Both the position numbers and the translations under genes were made by a program. The notes under the pieces were generated by a model. The model ran no database searches. It was not told the origin of the DNA and saw nothing but the letters and a program-made list of their open reading frames with translations. From assembly GCA_030524425.1 (NCBI GenBank), contig JAUNGN010000017.1:19689-51688 (forward strand): a stretch of 32,000 nucleotides of DNA. Direction: 5' to 3'. Positions 1-8,227 of the stretch are shown in pieces; position 1 is the stretch's first letter; the number at the start of each line of letters is the position of its first letter. The stretch comes from Clostridia bacterium (GTDB lineage Bacteria; Bacillota; Clostridia; Lachnospirales; CAG-274).

Positions 1-1
1 T

Positions 2-130
2 AAAAACTTCTCTTTGGCACAGGCGAGAGAGATTAACAATATACTAAGGCAAATGAAGGGATGGAAAAGCCAAAGTTCCGTAAACTGCGGTATTTACGGC
101 AGACAGCGTGCCTTTGTTAGAGAGGGTTAA
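2..130 (+). CDS. 3' end of an ORF entering from the left edge (…KNFSLAQAREINNILRQMKGWKSQSSVNCGIYGRQRAFVREG*); tentatively the C-terminus of a VirE/primase-helicase-type replication protein
   Basis: The frame is open from the window edge to TAA at 128-130. The basic G-x-RQRxF-type tail and its position just upstream of VRR-NUC/SNF2 genes resemble phage primase/VirE C-termini. Only 42 aa are visible. Confidence 0.3.
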   Translation, partial: KNFSLAQAREINNILRQMKGWKSQSSVNCGIYGRQRAFVREG

Positions 131-158
131 TCTAAGTAATATTGCTATCAGCACTTGT

Positions 159-431
159 TGAAGCACTTTGGGTAGCAGTTTAATTTTAATCTGCTGAACT
201 GCTACCAAGCCAATCAGCAGTTACAGCAGTTTAAAACAAACTGCTTCAACAACTGCTTCAGCCGAAAGCCTTTTGTTTCCTAAGCAAATTAAGCTTTACA
301 GCAGTTACAGCAGTTTTTTATCTATATACTTTAAAAAGTAAGATTAAAGAGTAAATGCTTAATTTTACATTCTTTAATTGCTATTTTAAAAGTTTATAGG
401 ATTTTACTGCTGAACTGCTACCAATATAAAA
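159..431. repeat. 272-bp non-coding iteron-rich block, copy 1 (second copy at 29131-29412)
   Basis: Matches 29131-29412 base-for-base by eye, apart from a 9-bp indel near the 3' end. It holds nine AGCAGTT/AACTGCT heptamers in both orientations (174, 197, 216, 225, 239, 251, 300, 309, 413) and an ~85-bp AT-rich core (316-400). It ends at the RBS of the 445 gene. Confidence 0.9.
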
Positions 432-444
432 ATAGGAGGTAAGT

Positions 445-726
445 ATGCTTGAAAGTACATTAGAGCAATCTGTAGGAAAATATATTAAGTCTTTGGGCGG
501 CTGCACTTTTAAGTGGGTTAGTCCCGGGGCGACAGGAGTCCCCGACAGGATTTGTATTTTACCCGGCGGGCATGTGATATTTATTGAGCTTAAAAGACCC
601 GGCAGAAAAAATGGGCTAAGCGAAAGACAAAAGAAAATTTTAAGAGTTTTAGAAGGCCTTGGCTGTAAAGTGTGGTGCATTAACAGCTTAGAAGATTTGA
701 AAGAAAGGATTGCTAATGAAGTTTGA
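445..726 (+). CDS. VRR-NUC domain nuclease
   Basis: RBS AGGAGG lies 5 nt upstream of the ATG. Motifs GVPDRICILPGGHVIFIELKRPG…SERQKKIL are the PD-(D/E)xK VRR-NUC signature. It overlaps the downstream SNF2 gene, a common phage pairing. Confidence 0.88.
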   Translation: MLESTLEQSVGKYIKSLGGCTFKWVSPGATGVPDRICILPGGHVIFIELKRPGRKNGLSERQKKILRVLEGLGCKVWCINSLEDLKERIANEV

Positions 727-2077
727 AGCTAAATATTATCAGCAATATTGTATTGATAAAATAATTGAACAACCTAAACTTGGGCTATTGCTTGATATGG
801 GTATGGGAAAAACAGTCATAACCCTTACTGCGGTAGAACGCTTAGTTTATGATTATTTTTCTGTGAGAAAGGTTTTAGTTATTGCACCGCTTAAACCGGC
901 AATAGAAACTTGGCCGACTGAGGTTGAAAAGTGGAATCATCTTAAACATATTATAACTTCTTTAGTTCTTGGCGATAAGGAGAGCCGCCTTAACGCACTT
1001 GAGAAGGACGCTGAGCTTTATATTGTAAATCGAGAGAATGTTCAATGGCTTGTTGACTACTATAAAAAGAAGTGGCCTTTTGATATGGTTGTTATTGATG
1101 AGCTGTCGAGCTTTAAATCTAGCAAAGCTCAGAGGTTTAAAGCTTTAAAAAAGGTAAGACCGTATATTAAAAGGATTGTCGGGCTTACCGGCACCCCGTC
1201 ACCGAATGGGTTGCTTGACCTATGGTCTCAAATGTATCTGCTTGATGCTGGAGAAGCCCTTGGCAAAACGATAACAAGTTATAAGGAAAAATGGTTTGTA
1301 CCGGACAAGAGAAATGCGACAACAATATTTTCTTGGAAGCCTAAAGATGGCGCCGAAGAAGAAATATACAAAAAGCTTGAGCCGCTATGTATCAGTATGA
1401 AAACAGCTGACTACTTACAACTCCCTGAGAGGATTGATATTAGACATGAAATTGAAACCTCAAGTACTACTATGGATTTATACAAAAAATTGGAGCGAGA
1501 TATGATTTTACCTTATGAGGACGGAGATATTGATGCAGGCTCAGCCGCCATATTAGTAAACAAGCTATTACAGGTAGCAGGCGGTGCAGCCTATGATGAA
1601 AATGGAAACATTAAGATTCTACATAACGAAAAACTTGATGCCTTAGATGTTTTACTTGAAGAGGCTAACGGGCAACCGGTTTTATTGTTTTATTCTTATA
1701 GGCATGAACGAGATAGAATAATAGAGCGACACCCGGAGGCTGTTGATGTTAAGGAGGACACAGCCGTCAAAGAGTGGAATGCGGGGAATATACCTTTGCT
1801 GTTAGCACACCCGGCAAGTGCCGGGCACGGCTTAAACTTACAGTTTGGCGGTCATATTGTGATTTGGTACGGTTTACCTTGCAGTTTAGAGCTTTATCAG
1901 CAGGCTAATAAGCGCGTTCATCGTATGGGACAAAAGGAAACAGTCTTGATACATCATTTACTTATGAAGAATACGGCTGATATGTGGGTGCTTGACCAAG
2001 TGCTTACCGAAAAAGATAAAAGACAAAATGCTTTGCTTGAAGCATTAAAAGCAAGAATACGGGAGGTAAAAGAATGA
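716..2077 (+). CDS. SNF2/DEAD-like family helicase
   Basis: Helicase motifs are present: DMGMGKT (I), VIDELSSFK (II), LTGTPSPN (III), GLNLQ and QQANKRVHRMGQ (V/VI). The track ORF starts at TTG 710. ATG 716 is preferred because a GAAAGG RBS lies 8 nt upstream. Confidence 0.92.
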   Translation: MKFEAKYYQQYCIDKIIEQPKLGLLLDMGMGKTVITLTAVERLVYDYFSVRKVLVIAPLKPAIETWPTEVEKWNHLKHIITSLVLGDKESRLNALEKDAELYIVNRENVQWLVDYYKKKWPFDMVVIDELSSFKSSKAQRFKALKKVRPYIKRIVGLTGTPSPNGLLDLWSQMYLLDAGEALGKTITSYKEKWFVPDKRNATTIFSWKPKDGAEEEIYKKLEPLCISMKTADYLQLPERIDIRHEIETSSTTMDLYKKLERDMILPYEDGDIDAGSAAILVNKLLQVAGGAAYDENGNIKILHNEKLDALDVLLEEANGQPVLLFYSYRHERDRIIERHPEAVDVKEDTAVKEWNAGNIPLLLAHPASAGHGLNLQFGGHIVIWYGLPCSLELYQQANKRVHRMGQKETVLIHHLLMKNTADMWVLDQVLTEKDKRQNALLEALKARIREVKE

Positions 2078-2535
2078 CAGTAGAACAGTTAAAAGAATTA
2101 GCAGAGGACCCTAAAAAGTTCCTTAATCGCTGTAGACATCATGAGCAGCGAATAAAGATGAAAAAAGACCAAATTCAGCATTACCGAGATATGGAGTATT
2201 CTATTACTGCTGCAATAAAAGATATTCCATCATTCGGCAATAAACCAACAAGTAAAATTGAAAATTGTTCTATATCAATTATGGCTATTGAGGAGGATAT
2301 ACAAAATGAAATTTTGGAGATACAAAAAGACAGGGCATTAATACGAAAAGCAATAAACTTAGTTGATGATGAGGACCTAAGACAACTTTTAGAGGCTCGA
2401 TATCTAAATGAATTAAAGTGGGAGGAAATAGCTTTACTATTAAACCACTCATATCGCTGGACTTTAAGACTTCATGGGAAAGCTCTAAAAAATATTTCTC
2501 AAAAAGCAAAAGAAGCCATTTTAAGCCACGCTTAA
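2074..2535 (+). CDS. Sigma-70 region-4-like phage transcriptional regulator (DUF1492/RinA/ArpU-type late activator)
   Basis: The C-terminus LLEARYLNELKWEEIALLLNHSYRWTLRLHGKALKNI looks like a sigma region 4 HTH. The gene sits immediately upstream of terS, as late activators do in Firmicute phages. RBS GGGAGG. Confidence 0.6.
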   Translation: MTVEQLKELAEDPKKFLNRCRHHEQRIKMKKDQIQHYRDMEYSITAAIKDIPSFGNKPTSKIENCSISIMAIEEDIQNEILEIQKDRALIRKAINLVDDEDLRQLLEARYLNELKWEEIALLLNHSYRWTLRLHGKALKNISQKAKEAILSHA

Positions 2536-2564
2536 CTCGTGTTATAATATAAAATAGATTTAAA

Positions 2565-2593
2565 GGATAGACAGGAAAAGTCTGTCCTTTTTT
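2565..2593 (+). terminator. Rho-independent terminator after the regulator gene
   Basis: GGATAGAC-aggaaaa-GTCTGTCC forms an 8-bp stem with one G.U pair, followed by TTTTTT. Confidence 0.6.
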
Positions 2594-2619
2594 AGTTTGC
2601 AAGAAAGGCAGGTAATTCT

Positions 2620-3057
2620 ATGACGCCAAGTGAAAAAAAATTTGCTGATGAATGGCTTATTGATTGCAATGGAACTAGAGCATATATGGCTGCATATCCT
2701 CGTATAAAAAACAGTAAATCTGCGGGTGTTTTAGCAAATAAGCTCTTAGCAAAAGCTAGTGTTCGACAGTACGTTGACGAAAAACTTGCAGAGCTCAGCT
2801 CTAAAAAGATTGCCAGCGCTGAAGAGGTTATGGAATACCTGACCGCCGTATTACGCGGAGAATCATCTGCGGAAATAGTTGTTGTTGAAGGCACAGGAGA
2901 CGGTTGCTCTGAGGCGAGAGCCTTACAGAAAAAGCCTGATGAAAAAGAAAAGCTTAAGGCCGCTGAGCTATTAGGTAAAAGGTACGGGCTTTATACCGAA
3001 AATGTATCGGTCAGCGGTGTTTCTAAGGTAATTATTGAGGATGATTTAAGTGAGTGA
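2620..3057 (+). CDS. terS: Terminase small subunit (Terminase_2-like)
   Basis: The N-terminus KFADEWLIDCNGTRAYMAAYPRIKNSKSAGVLANKLLAKASVRQYV matches the terminase small-subunit HTH pattern. The gene directly precedes and overlaps terL. Confidence 0.85.
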   Translation: MTPSEKKFADEWLIDCNGTRAYMAAYPRIKNSKSAGVLANKLLAKASVRQYVDEKLAELSSKKIASAEEVMEYLTAVLRGESSAEIVVVEGTGDGCSEARALQKKPDEKEKLKAAELLGKRYGLYTENVSVSGVSKVIIEDDLSE

Positions 3058-4291
3058 TACAAGAATTTCTCTTCAAAATATTGTAGGTAAGGGCTATAAA
3101 GAGTTTTGGAATTTTAAAGGCAGATATAGAGTATGTAAAGGTTCAAGAGCGTCAAAGAAAAGTAAGACAGCAGCATTAAACTGGATATTTAGAATTATGA
3201 AATATCCTCAGTCAAATCTTTTGGTAATAAGAAAAACATTCGCAACCTTAAAAGACAGTTGTTATACAGATTTAAAATGGGCTATTCACCGCTTTGGTGT
3301 GGATAGCCTTTTTGAGTGCAAGCTGTCACCTCTTGAAATAACATATAAGCCAACTGGACAAAAGATATTATTTAGAGGTCTTGACGACCCTTTAAAAATC
3401 ACTTCAATTACAGTAAGTGTAGGATGCCTATGCTGGTTATGGATTGAAGAAGCCTATGAAATTGACTCTGAAACAGATTTTAATATGCTGGATGAATCTA
3501 TAAGAGGTATAACACCAGAGGGATTGTTTAAGCAGATAACCCTTACCTTTAACCCTTGGAATGAGCATCACTGGCTTAAAAAGCGTTTCTTTGATGTTTA
3601 TGATGATAATATTCTCGCTATGACAACTAACTATACATGTAATGAATGGCTCGATGAATCAGACCTAAAATTATTTGAGGATATGAAGATAAGCAATCCT
3701 AGACGTTATCAGGTTGCAGGACTTGGCAACTGGGGTATAACCGATGGGCTTATATATGAAAATTTTGAAGAACGATTTTTTGATATAAATGAAGTACGAA
3801 ACAGTGGTACAAAAGCTGTATTCGGACTTGACTTTGGATATACAAATGACCCATCTGCCCTATTTTGCGGTGTAATCGATGCTGCAAATAAAGTGTTATA
3901 TGTATTTGATGAGATGTATGAGAAAGCTTTATCGAATGAGGCTATTGCTGAGAGAATAAGGTCAATGGGTTATGGCAAAGAAAAAATAACGGCTGACAGC
4001 TCCGAGCCTAAAAGTATTGACCGATTGCGAGAGCTTGGTATTTATCACATTAAGGGCGCAAGAAAAGGTAAAGACAGTATTAATAACGGTATTGACTTTA
4101 TTCAGGATTTTAAGATAATAATACACCCTAAATGTACGAATTTTATGAAAGAAATAACTAATTATCAATGGGATAGGGATAAAAGTGGCAGAAATATAAA
4201 TAAGCCTATAGATGACTTTAACCATTTGATGGACGCTATGAGGTATGCTATGGAGAACTTTATGGACGGTAATACCTTTAGTTTTGACTGA
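3050..4291 (+). CDS. terL: Terminase large subunit (PBSX/XtmB-like)
   Basis: The N-terminal pattern KGYKEFWNFKGRYRVCKGSRASKKSKT is a deviant Walker A, WIEEAYE is Walker B, and the C-terminus has an RNaseH-like nuclease (GLDFGYTNDPSA … DDFNHLMDAMRYA). GTG start. Confidence 0.93.
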   Translation: MSDTRISLQNIVGKGYKEFWNFKGRYRVCKGSRASKKSKTAALNWIFRIMKYPQSNLLVIRKTFATLKDSCYTDLKWAIHRFGVDSLFECKLSPLEITYKPTGQKILFRGLDDPLKITSITVSVGCLCWLWIEEAYEIDSETDFNMLDESIRGITPEGLFKQITLTFNPWNEHHWLKKRFFDVYDDNILAMTTNYTCNEWLDESDLKLFEDMKISNPRRYQVAGLGNWGITDGLIYENFEERFFDINEVRNSGTKAVFGLDFGYTNDPSALFCGVIDAANKVLYVFDEMYEKALSNEAIAERIRSMGYGKEKITADSSEPKSIDRLRELGIYHIKGARKGKDSINNGIDFIQDFKIIIHPKCTNFMKEITNYQWDRDKSGRNINKPIDDFNHLMDAMRYAMENFMDGNTFSFD

Positions 4292-4308
4292 TGAGGAAGT
4301 GATAAAAA

Positions 4309-5826
4309 GTGTTTAATTTTCAATTTAACGGTTGGCTAACTCCGTTCATAAACGATATTATTCGTAAAGGCTCTGAAAGCCGAATAGCCGACCTTGATTT
4401 TATAAGGAAGGAGATTAATAGATTTTTGGATGGTCCTCAAAGAGCCGATATGATTAAAGGTAATAATTATTACAAGGGTATACACGATATACTTGGACAT
4501 AAGAGAACAGTAATAGGTGAAGGCGGAGAAGTTACAGAAGTTGAAAATCTGCCAAATGACAGGCTTGTAAATAATCAGTATGGAAAACTTGTAGACCAAA
4601 AGGTTAATTATTTGCTTGGCAAGCAGATAACATTTAATACAGATAATAAAGTATATTCTAAGATTTTGAACGATGAAGTGTTTAATGCATCTTTCGACAG
4701 GCTTATGCTTGAGGTGGGCGAGGACAGCCTAAATTGTGGTATTGGCTGGATATATGTATATTATAATGAATTTGGTGAATTAAGCTTTAGAAGGTTTAAG
4801 CCTTGGCAGATTATACCCGGCTGGGCTGATGATGAGCACACAAAGCTTGATTATGCCATAAGGGTCTATCCTGTGCTATTGTACGAAGGAAGAAATAATG
4901 AAAAGCTAATACATAAGATTGAAGTTTATGATAATAAAGGCATTACTAAGTTTGTTAAGGACGGCAGTACAATATATGCCGACGGTTCTGACTGGCAGAT
5001 ACCTTATTTTTATGCAGACAATATGCCTTTGGGCTGGGACAGAATACCTCTTATACCCTTTAAGGCTAACCGTAATGAACTGCCTCTATTAAAGCGAGTA
5101 AAGAGCTTACAGGATGCTTTAAATCTTATGATGAGCAATTTTGACAACAATATGCAGGAGGACGTAAGAAATACGATACTTATACTCAAAAACTATGACG
5201 GCGAGAATTTAGGAGAGTTTAGACGAAATCTTGCAACCTATGGGGCCGTTAAGGTAAAAACAGTAAATAATTCTGACGGTGATGTTACAGCCTTGACTAT
5301 AGCCGTTAATTCAGAAAACTACAAAAGTATTATTGAACTGCTTAAGAAGTCCATAATTGAGAATGCAATGGGCTTTGATGCCAAGGATGACAGGCTAAGC
5401 GGTAACCCTAATCAGATGAACATACAAAGTATGTATTCTGATGTTGACCTTGACGCAAATAAAATGGAAATGGAATATAAAGCCTCTTTTGAGCGTTTGC
5501 TTTGGTTTGTTAATGCCTATTTATCGCAGACCGGTAAGGGTAATTTTGATAATGAGGAAGTTGATATTATCTTTAACAGAGATATTCTTATAAATGAAAG
5601 TGAAGCTATTGATAATTGCGCCAAATCTCAGGGTATTTTATCTGATGAAACTATTGTGGCGCAGCATCCTTGGATTGATGATGTACAGGACGAGCTTAAA
5701 AAGCTTAAGAAACAAAAAGAAGAGAATATGGCTGAATATGGTTTGCCAATGGGGCAGGCTCCAGACACAAAAGGTGATAAAAGCGCTCCTACTAAAGGTG
5801 ATAAAACTCCCGAGGGTGATGAATAA
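4309..5826 (+). CDS. Portal protein (SPP1 gp6-like)
   Basis: It is 505 aa, follows terL, and has the NNYYKGIHDILGHKR motif typical of SPP1-family portals plus an acidic/basic low-complexity C-terminus. GTG start with a GAGGAAGTG RBS. Confidence 0.9.
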   Translation: MFNFQFNGWLTPFINDIIRKGSESRIADLDFIRKEINRFLDGPQRADMIKGNNYYKGIHDILGHKRTVIGEGGEVTEVENLPNDRLVNNQYGKLVDQKVNYLLGKQITFNTDNKVYSKILNDEVFNASFDRLMLEVGEDSLNCGIGWIYVYYNEFGELSFRRFKPWQIIPGWADDEHTKLDYAIRVYPVLLYEGRNNEKLIHKIEVYDNKGITKFVKDGSTIYADGSDWQIPYFYADNMPLGWDRIPLIPFKANRNELPLLKRVKSLQDALNLMMSNFDNNMQEDVRNTILILKNYDGENLGEFRRNLATYGAVKVKTVNNSDGDVTALTIAVNSENYKSIIELLKKSIIENAMGFDAKDDRLSGNPNQMNIQSMYSDVDLDANKMEMEYKASFERLLWFVNAYLSQTGKGNFDNEEVDIIFNRDILINESEAIDNCAKSQGILSDETIVAQHPWIDDVQDELKKLKKQKEENMAEYGLPMGQAPDTKGDKSAPTKGDKTPEGDE

Positions 5827-7298
5827 TGAAAAGTAGTGAGTATTGGGCTAAAAGGTTTAAGGCTTTAGAGGAAAGGTCAAATGCGGAAGCACAAAAGTGT
5901 GCGGCTGAGTCGATGAAGCTTTTAGATGATGCTATTGTACAAATAGATAAGGACATTACATATTGGCTGAAACGATTTGCAGATAATAACGAAATGACCT
6001 TGGCAGAGGCAAAGAAGGCAATAACAAATAAAGAGCTTAAAGAACTTGGCTGGGATGTTGAGGAATATATAAGAAAAGGCTACGCCAATACCTATCTGGG
6101 CGATTGGAGCACTGAGCTTGAAAATGCAAGTGCCAAATACCATATAACAAGGCTTGACGCTATTAAATTTCAGATTCAGAAATTTTGTGATGAAGCATTT
6201 GCGGATATTGTTGACAGTATGTCAAAGAGCCTTTCAAACGTATATGAAGATGTTTATTATAGGACAGCCTTTGAGGTACAAAAAGGTATGGGAGTAGGAT
6301 TCAGCTTTGCACAGGTTGATGAAAACAAGCTAAAAATGATACTTGAAAGACCTTGGGCTGTTGACGGAGCTAATTTTTCCCAAAGAGTTTGGGGAACCTA
6401 CAGACCAAAGCTTACTAATAAACTTCAGCAGGCATTGACCGATTGGTGTGTAAGAGGTACAGACCCTAAAAGGCTTGCGAGAAAGCTAAGCTATGAAAGC
6501 GATGTAGCCCAATCAGCGTGCAATAGGCTTATACATACGGAGACATCTCAGATATGTACAAGAGCTGAAATGGATAGCTATGACGAATTAGGAGTTGAAA
6601 AGTATAGAATACTTGAAACATTAGACGGTAAGACCTGTGAGATATGCGGCGATATGGACAGTAAGATATTTAACCGAAATGATTTTGAGGTTGGTGTTAC
6701 AGCACCGCCCTTCCATCCAAGCTGCCGTGGAACTACAGTACCTGAAGTTGATGATGAGCTTTTGAAAAAAGGTAGAAAGCGAGCAGCCCGAGATGAAAAT
6801 GGTAAAACTGTTTATATTGATGATATGTCGTATAATGAATGGAAAGAAAAATTTGTTAGTAATGACCAGTTTACAAATCTAAGCAATAACGATATAATAA
6901 AATCAGGTAAAGAATTATATAGAAAAAATTCTAATTTAGGAGCTTTTTCAGGGCTTCCTGAAAGAATGAGTAAAAAGCATATTCGTGATATAGCTAATGA
7001 GTTTAATGTTGATATATCAGGGCTTAAGTTAAACATTGATGCTTCCGAAGAATTATTGAAATATGTAATTACAGGAGAAGCGGTTCCAGAAGAAATTGGG
7101 AAAATAACATTCTTTCCAAATGCGTTTAGAAGTAAAGAGGAATTGCTACGAACATTAGTCCACGAAAAAGAACACGTTCAGCAGTTTAAAGAATTTGGTG
7201 CAGAGTTTGTTCAAAATAATATGGCGCATTTTGAAAAGCTCGCCTATGAGAAAGAAAACTTATTTATTGAAAAAGCAAAAAAGGATGGACTTTTATGA
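5826..7298 (+). CDS. MuF/SPP1 gp7-family head morphogenesis protein with a ~180-aa C-terminal extension carrying an HExxH motif
   Basis: The MuF core includes LIHTETSQ… and GKTCEICGDMD…PPFHPSCRGTTVPEV (F296 at nt 6711). The extension runs aa ~310-490, with LVHEKEHVQQ at nt 7161-7175. Confidence 0.85.
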   Translation: MKSSEYWAKRFKALEERSNAEAQKCAAESMKLLDDAIVQIDKDITYWLKRFADNNEMTLAEAKKAITNKELKELGWDVEEYIRKGYANTYLGDWSTELENASAKYHITRLDAIKFQIQKFCDEAFADIVDSMSKSLSNVYEDVYYRTAFEVQKGMGVGFSFAQVDENKLKMILERPWAVDGANFSQRVWGTYRPKLTNKLQQALTDWCVRGTDPKRLARKLSYESDVAQSACNRLIHTETSQICTRAEMDSYDELGVEKYRILETLDGKTCEICGDMDSKIFNRNDFEVGVTAPPFHPSCRGTTVPEVDDELLKKGRKRAARDENGKTVYIDDMSYNEWKEKFVSNDQFTNLSNNDIIKSGKELYRKNSNLGAFSGLPERMSKKHIRDIANEFNVDISGLKLNIDASEELLKYVITGEAVPEEIGKITFFPNAFRSKEELLRTLVHEKEHVQQFKEFGAEFVQNNMAHFEKLAYEKENLFIEKAKKDGLL

Positions 7299-7492
7299 GT
7301 AAAAAAAATATATGGACAACTAAGCTTATTGAATATATGAAAACAAATAAGGCTGGGAAATGCCCTATTTGTGGAAGCTTAAATTTTAAGGTCGAAGAAT
7401 TTAACTACGGTCGCAGGTCTATTTCGTTTAAGTGTTCTGATTGTGGCGTTATTCGTCATTTTGATGGTTGTGAAAGTGTTCAAAAGGTTTAG
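7295..7492 (+). CDS. Small zinc-ribbon protein (65 aa)
   Basis: Its ATGA start/stop overlaps the MuF gene and it has an AAGGATGG RBS. Two CxxC pairs are present (CPICG, CSDCG). Confidence 0.6.
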   Translation: MSKKNIWTTKLIEYMKTNKAGKCPICGSLNFKVEEFNYGRRSISFKCSDCGVIRHFDGCESVQKV

Positions 7493-7505
7493 GAGGTGCG
7501 TTATT

Positions 7506-7898
7506 ATGAAAAAGCTATTGAAAACTCTTTTCCTTGAAAACGGAGAGCTATATTCCATTATTGATAATAGAAGAACAATTTTAGCGCACTGTAAACCTAA
7601 GATTGAAATATATGAGGATGCTACTAATATTTCTACTATAGGTAAAGGCTATAAAGTCAAAAAGAAGCGCCTCTCAATTATTTTATGTAACGATTTAGAA
7701 CTAACCCGAGAAGTTGATGAAAATTATTTTCATAAGGTCATCCGTTTTGAGCTTGTTGGTGATTTTCAGCGAACTGACGGAGTATTTGAAAGGCTTACAT
7801 TTGATAGCTTGACACCAATGGAGATTGATTTAGATGGCGACTGGTCCTTTGAAATTATCGGAGAATCTGAGTTTATAAAAAAGTTATTGACTTTATAA
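7506..7898 (+). CDS. Hypothetical protein (130 aa); candidate immunity/partner of the MuF C-terminal domain
   Basis: ATG 7506 is preceded by AGGAGGTG (7491-7498). The track start at 7443 has no RBS and overlaps the previous gene. No family recognised. Confidence 0.6.
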   Translation: MKKLLKTLFLENGELYSIIDNRRTILAHCKPKIEIYEDATNISTIGKGYKVKKKRLSIILCNDLELTREVDENYFHKVIRFELVGDFQRTDGVFERLTFDSLTPMEIDLDGDWSFEIIGESEFIKKLLTL

Positions 7899-7902
7899 AA
7901 AT

Positions 7903-8070
7903 AGGCTTCTAAAATTCTTAAAGGCGGAAGATAAAAAAAATAATACAAGAGTTGCGGCTCTTGTATTATTCACAAAGAATATTATTTTTTTTTTGTTTGC
8001 GCTAAAGCGCTTCCAGCGACGGATTTTGATATTTTACTATGTCTTCCGTCTCTAAGAATTTTAGAAGCCT
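7903..8070. repeat. 29-bp inverted repeat (7903-7931 / 8042-8070) spanning the intergenic region
   Basis: The arms AGGCTTCTAAAATTCTTAAAGGCGGAAGA and TCTTCCGTCTCTAAGAATTTTAGAAGCCT give 27 Watson-Crick pairs, one G.U and one mismatch. The left arm starts 5 nt after the stop of 7506-7898. The right arm ends 1 nt before the RBS of the 8084 gene. Confidence 0.9.
7933..7970 (-). terminator. Rho-independent terminator for minus-strand transcripts
   Basis: A perfect 13-bp stem AATAATACAAGAG/CTCTTGTATTATT (7939-7951/7958-7970) has a 6-nt loop. The A-run at 7933-7938 gives the U-tail on the minus strand only. Confidence 0.75.
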
Positions 8071-8083
8071 TAGGAGGTTAATT

Positions 8084-8227
8084 ATGGAGATTATAATTAA
8101 AGCAAATCCAAAAGAAATGGCTGATTTTATCGGAAGCCTAAACCAAAATAGCGAAATATCCATAGATGAAGTTATTCGTCATTTTGAAAAACAGACGAAA
8201 GAACATCATATAGAAATTGCGAATTAG
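8084..8227 (+). CDS. Small hypothetical protein (47 aa)
   Basis: TAGGAGGT RBS lies 6 nt upstream of ATG 8084. Its 3' end overlaps the convergent 8172-8378 ORF by 56 nt. Confidence 0.5.
   Translation: MEIIIKANPKEMADFIGSLNQNSEISIDEVIRHFEKQTKEHHIEIAN

Noticed and set aside
381-680. The minus-strand 99-aa ORF overlapping the VRR-NUC gene. The same applies to other overlapping track ORFs: 2285-2602, 2592-2894, 3962-4225, 4336-4599, 5594-5836, 5922-6143, 6812-7036, 7766-7948, 9597-10158, 10477-10977, 11052-11408, 12102-12353, 12533-12727, 14376-14558, 15490-15678, 16975-17163, 20065-20325, 21104-21355, 21994-22474, 25934-26218, 26515-26703, 28301-28585 and 28668-29030.
   Set aside because: Each is nested in or antisense to a gene with clear family motifs and an RBS. 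None has translation signals of its own.
7443-7505. The upstream extension of the 7506-7898 gene suggested by the track (start 7443). Similar extensions are suggested at 710, 9680, 11308, 12139, 25553, 26126, 28305, 29412 and 29721.
   Set aside because: In each case an internal ATG or TTG sits 5-9 nt downstream of a GGAGG-type RBS. The longer start has no RBS and usually overlaps the preceding gene.
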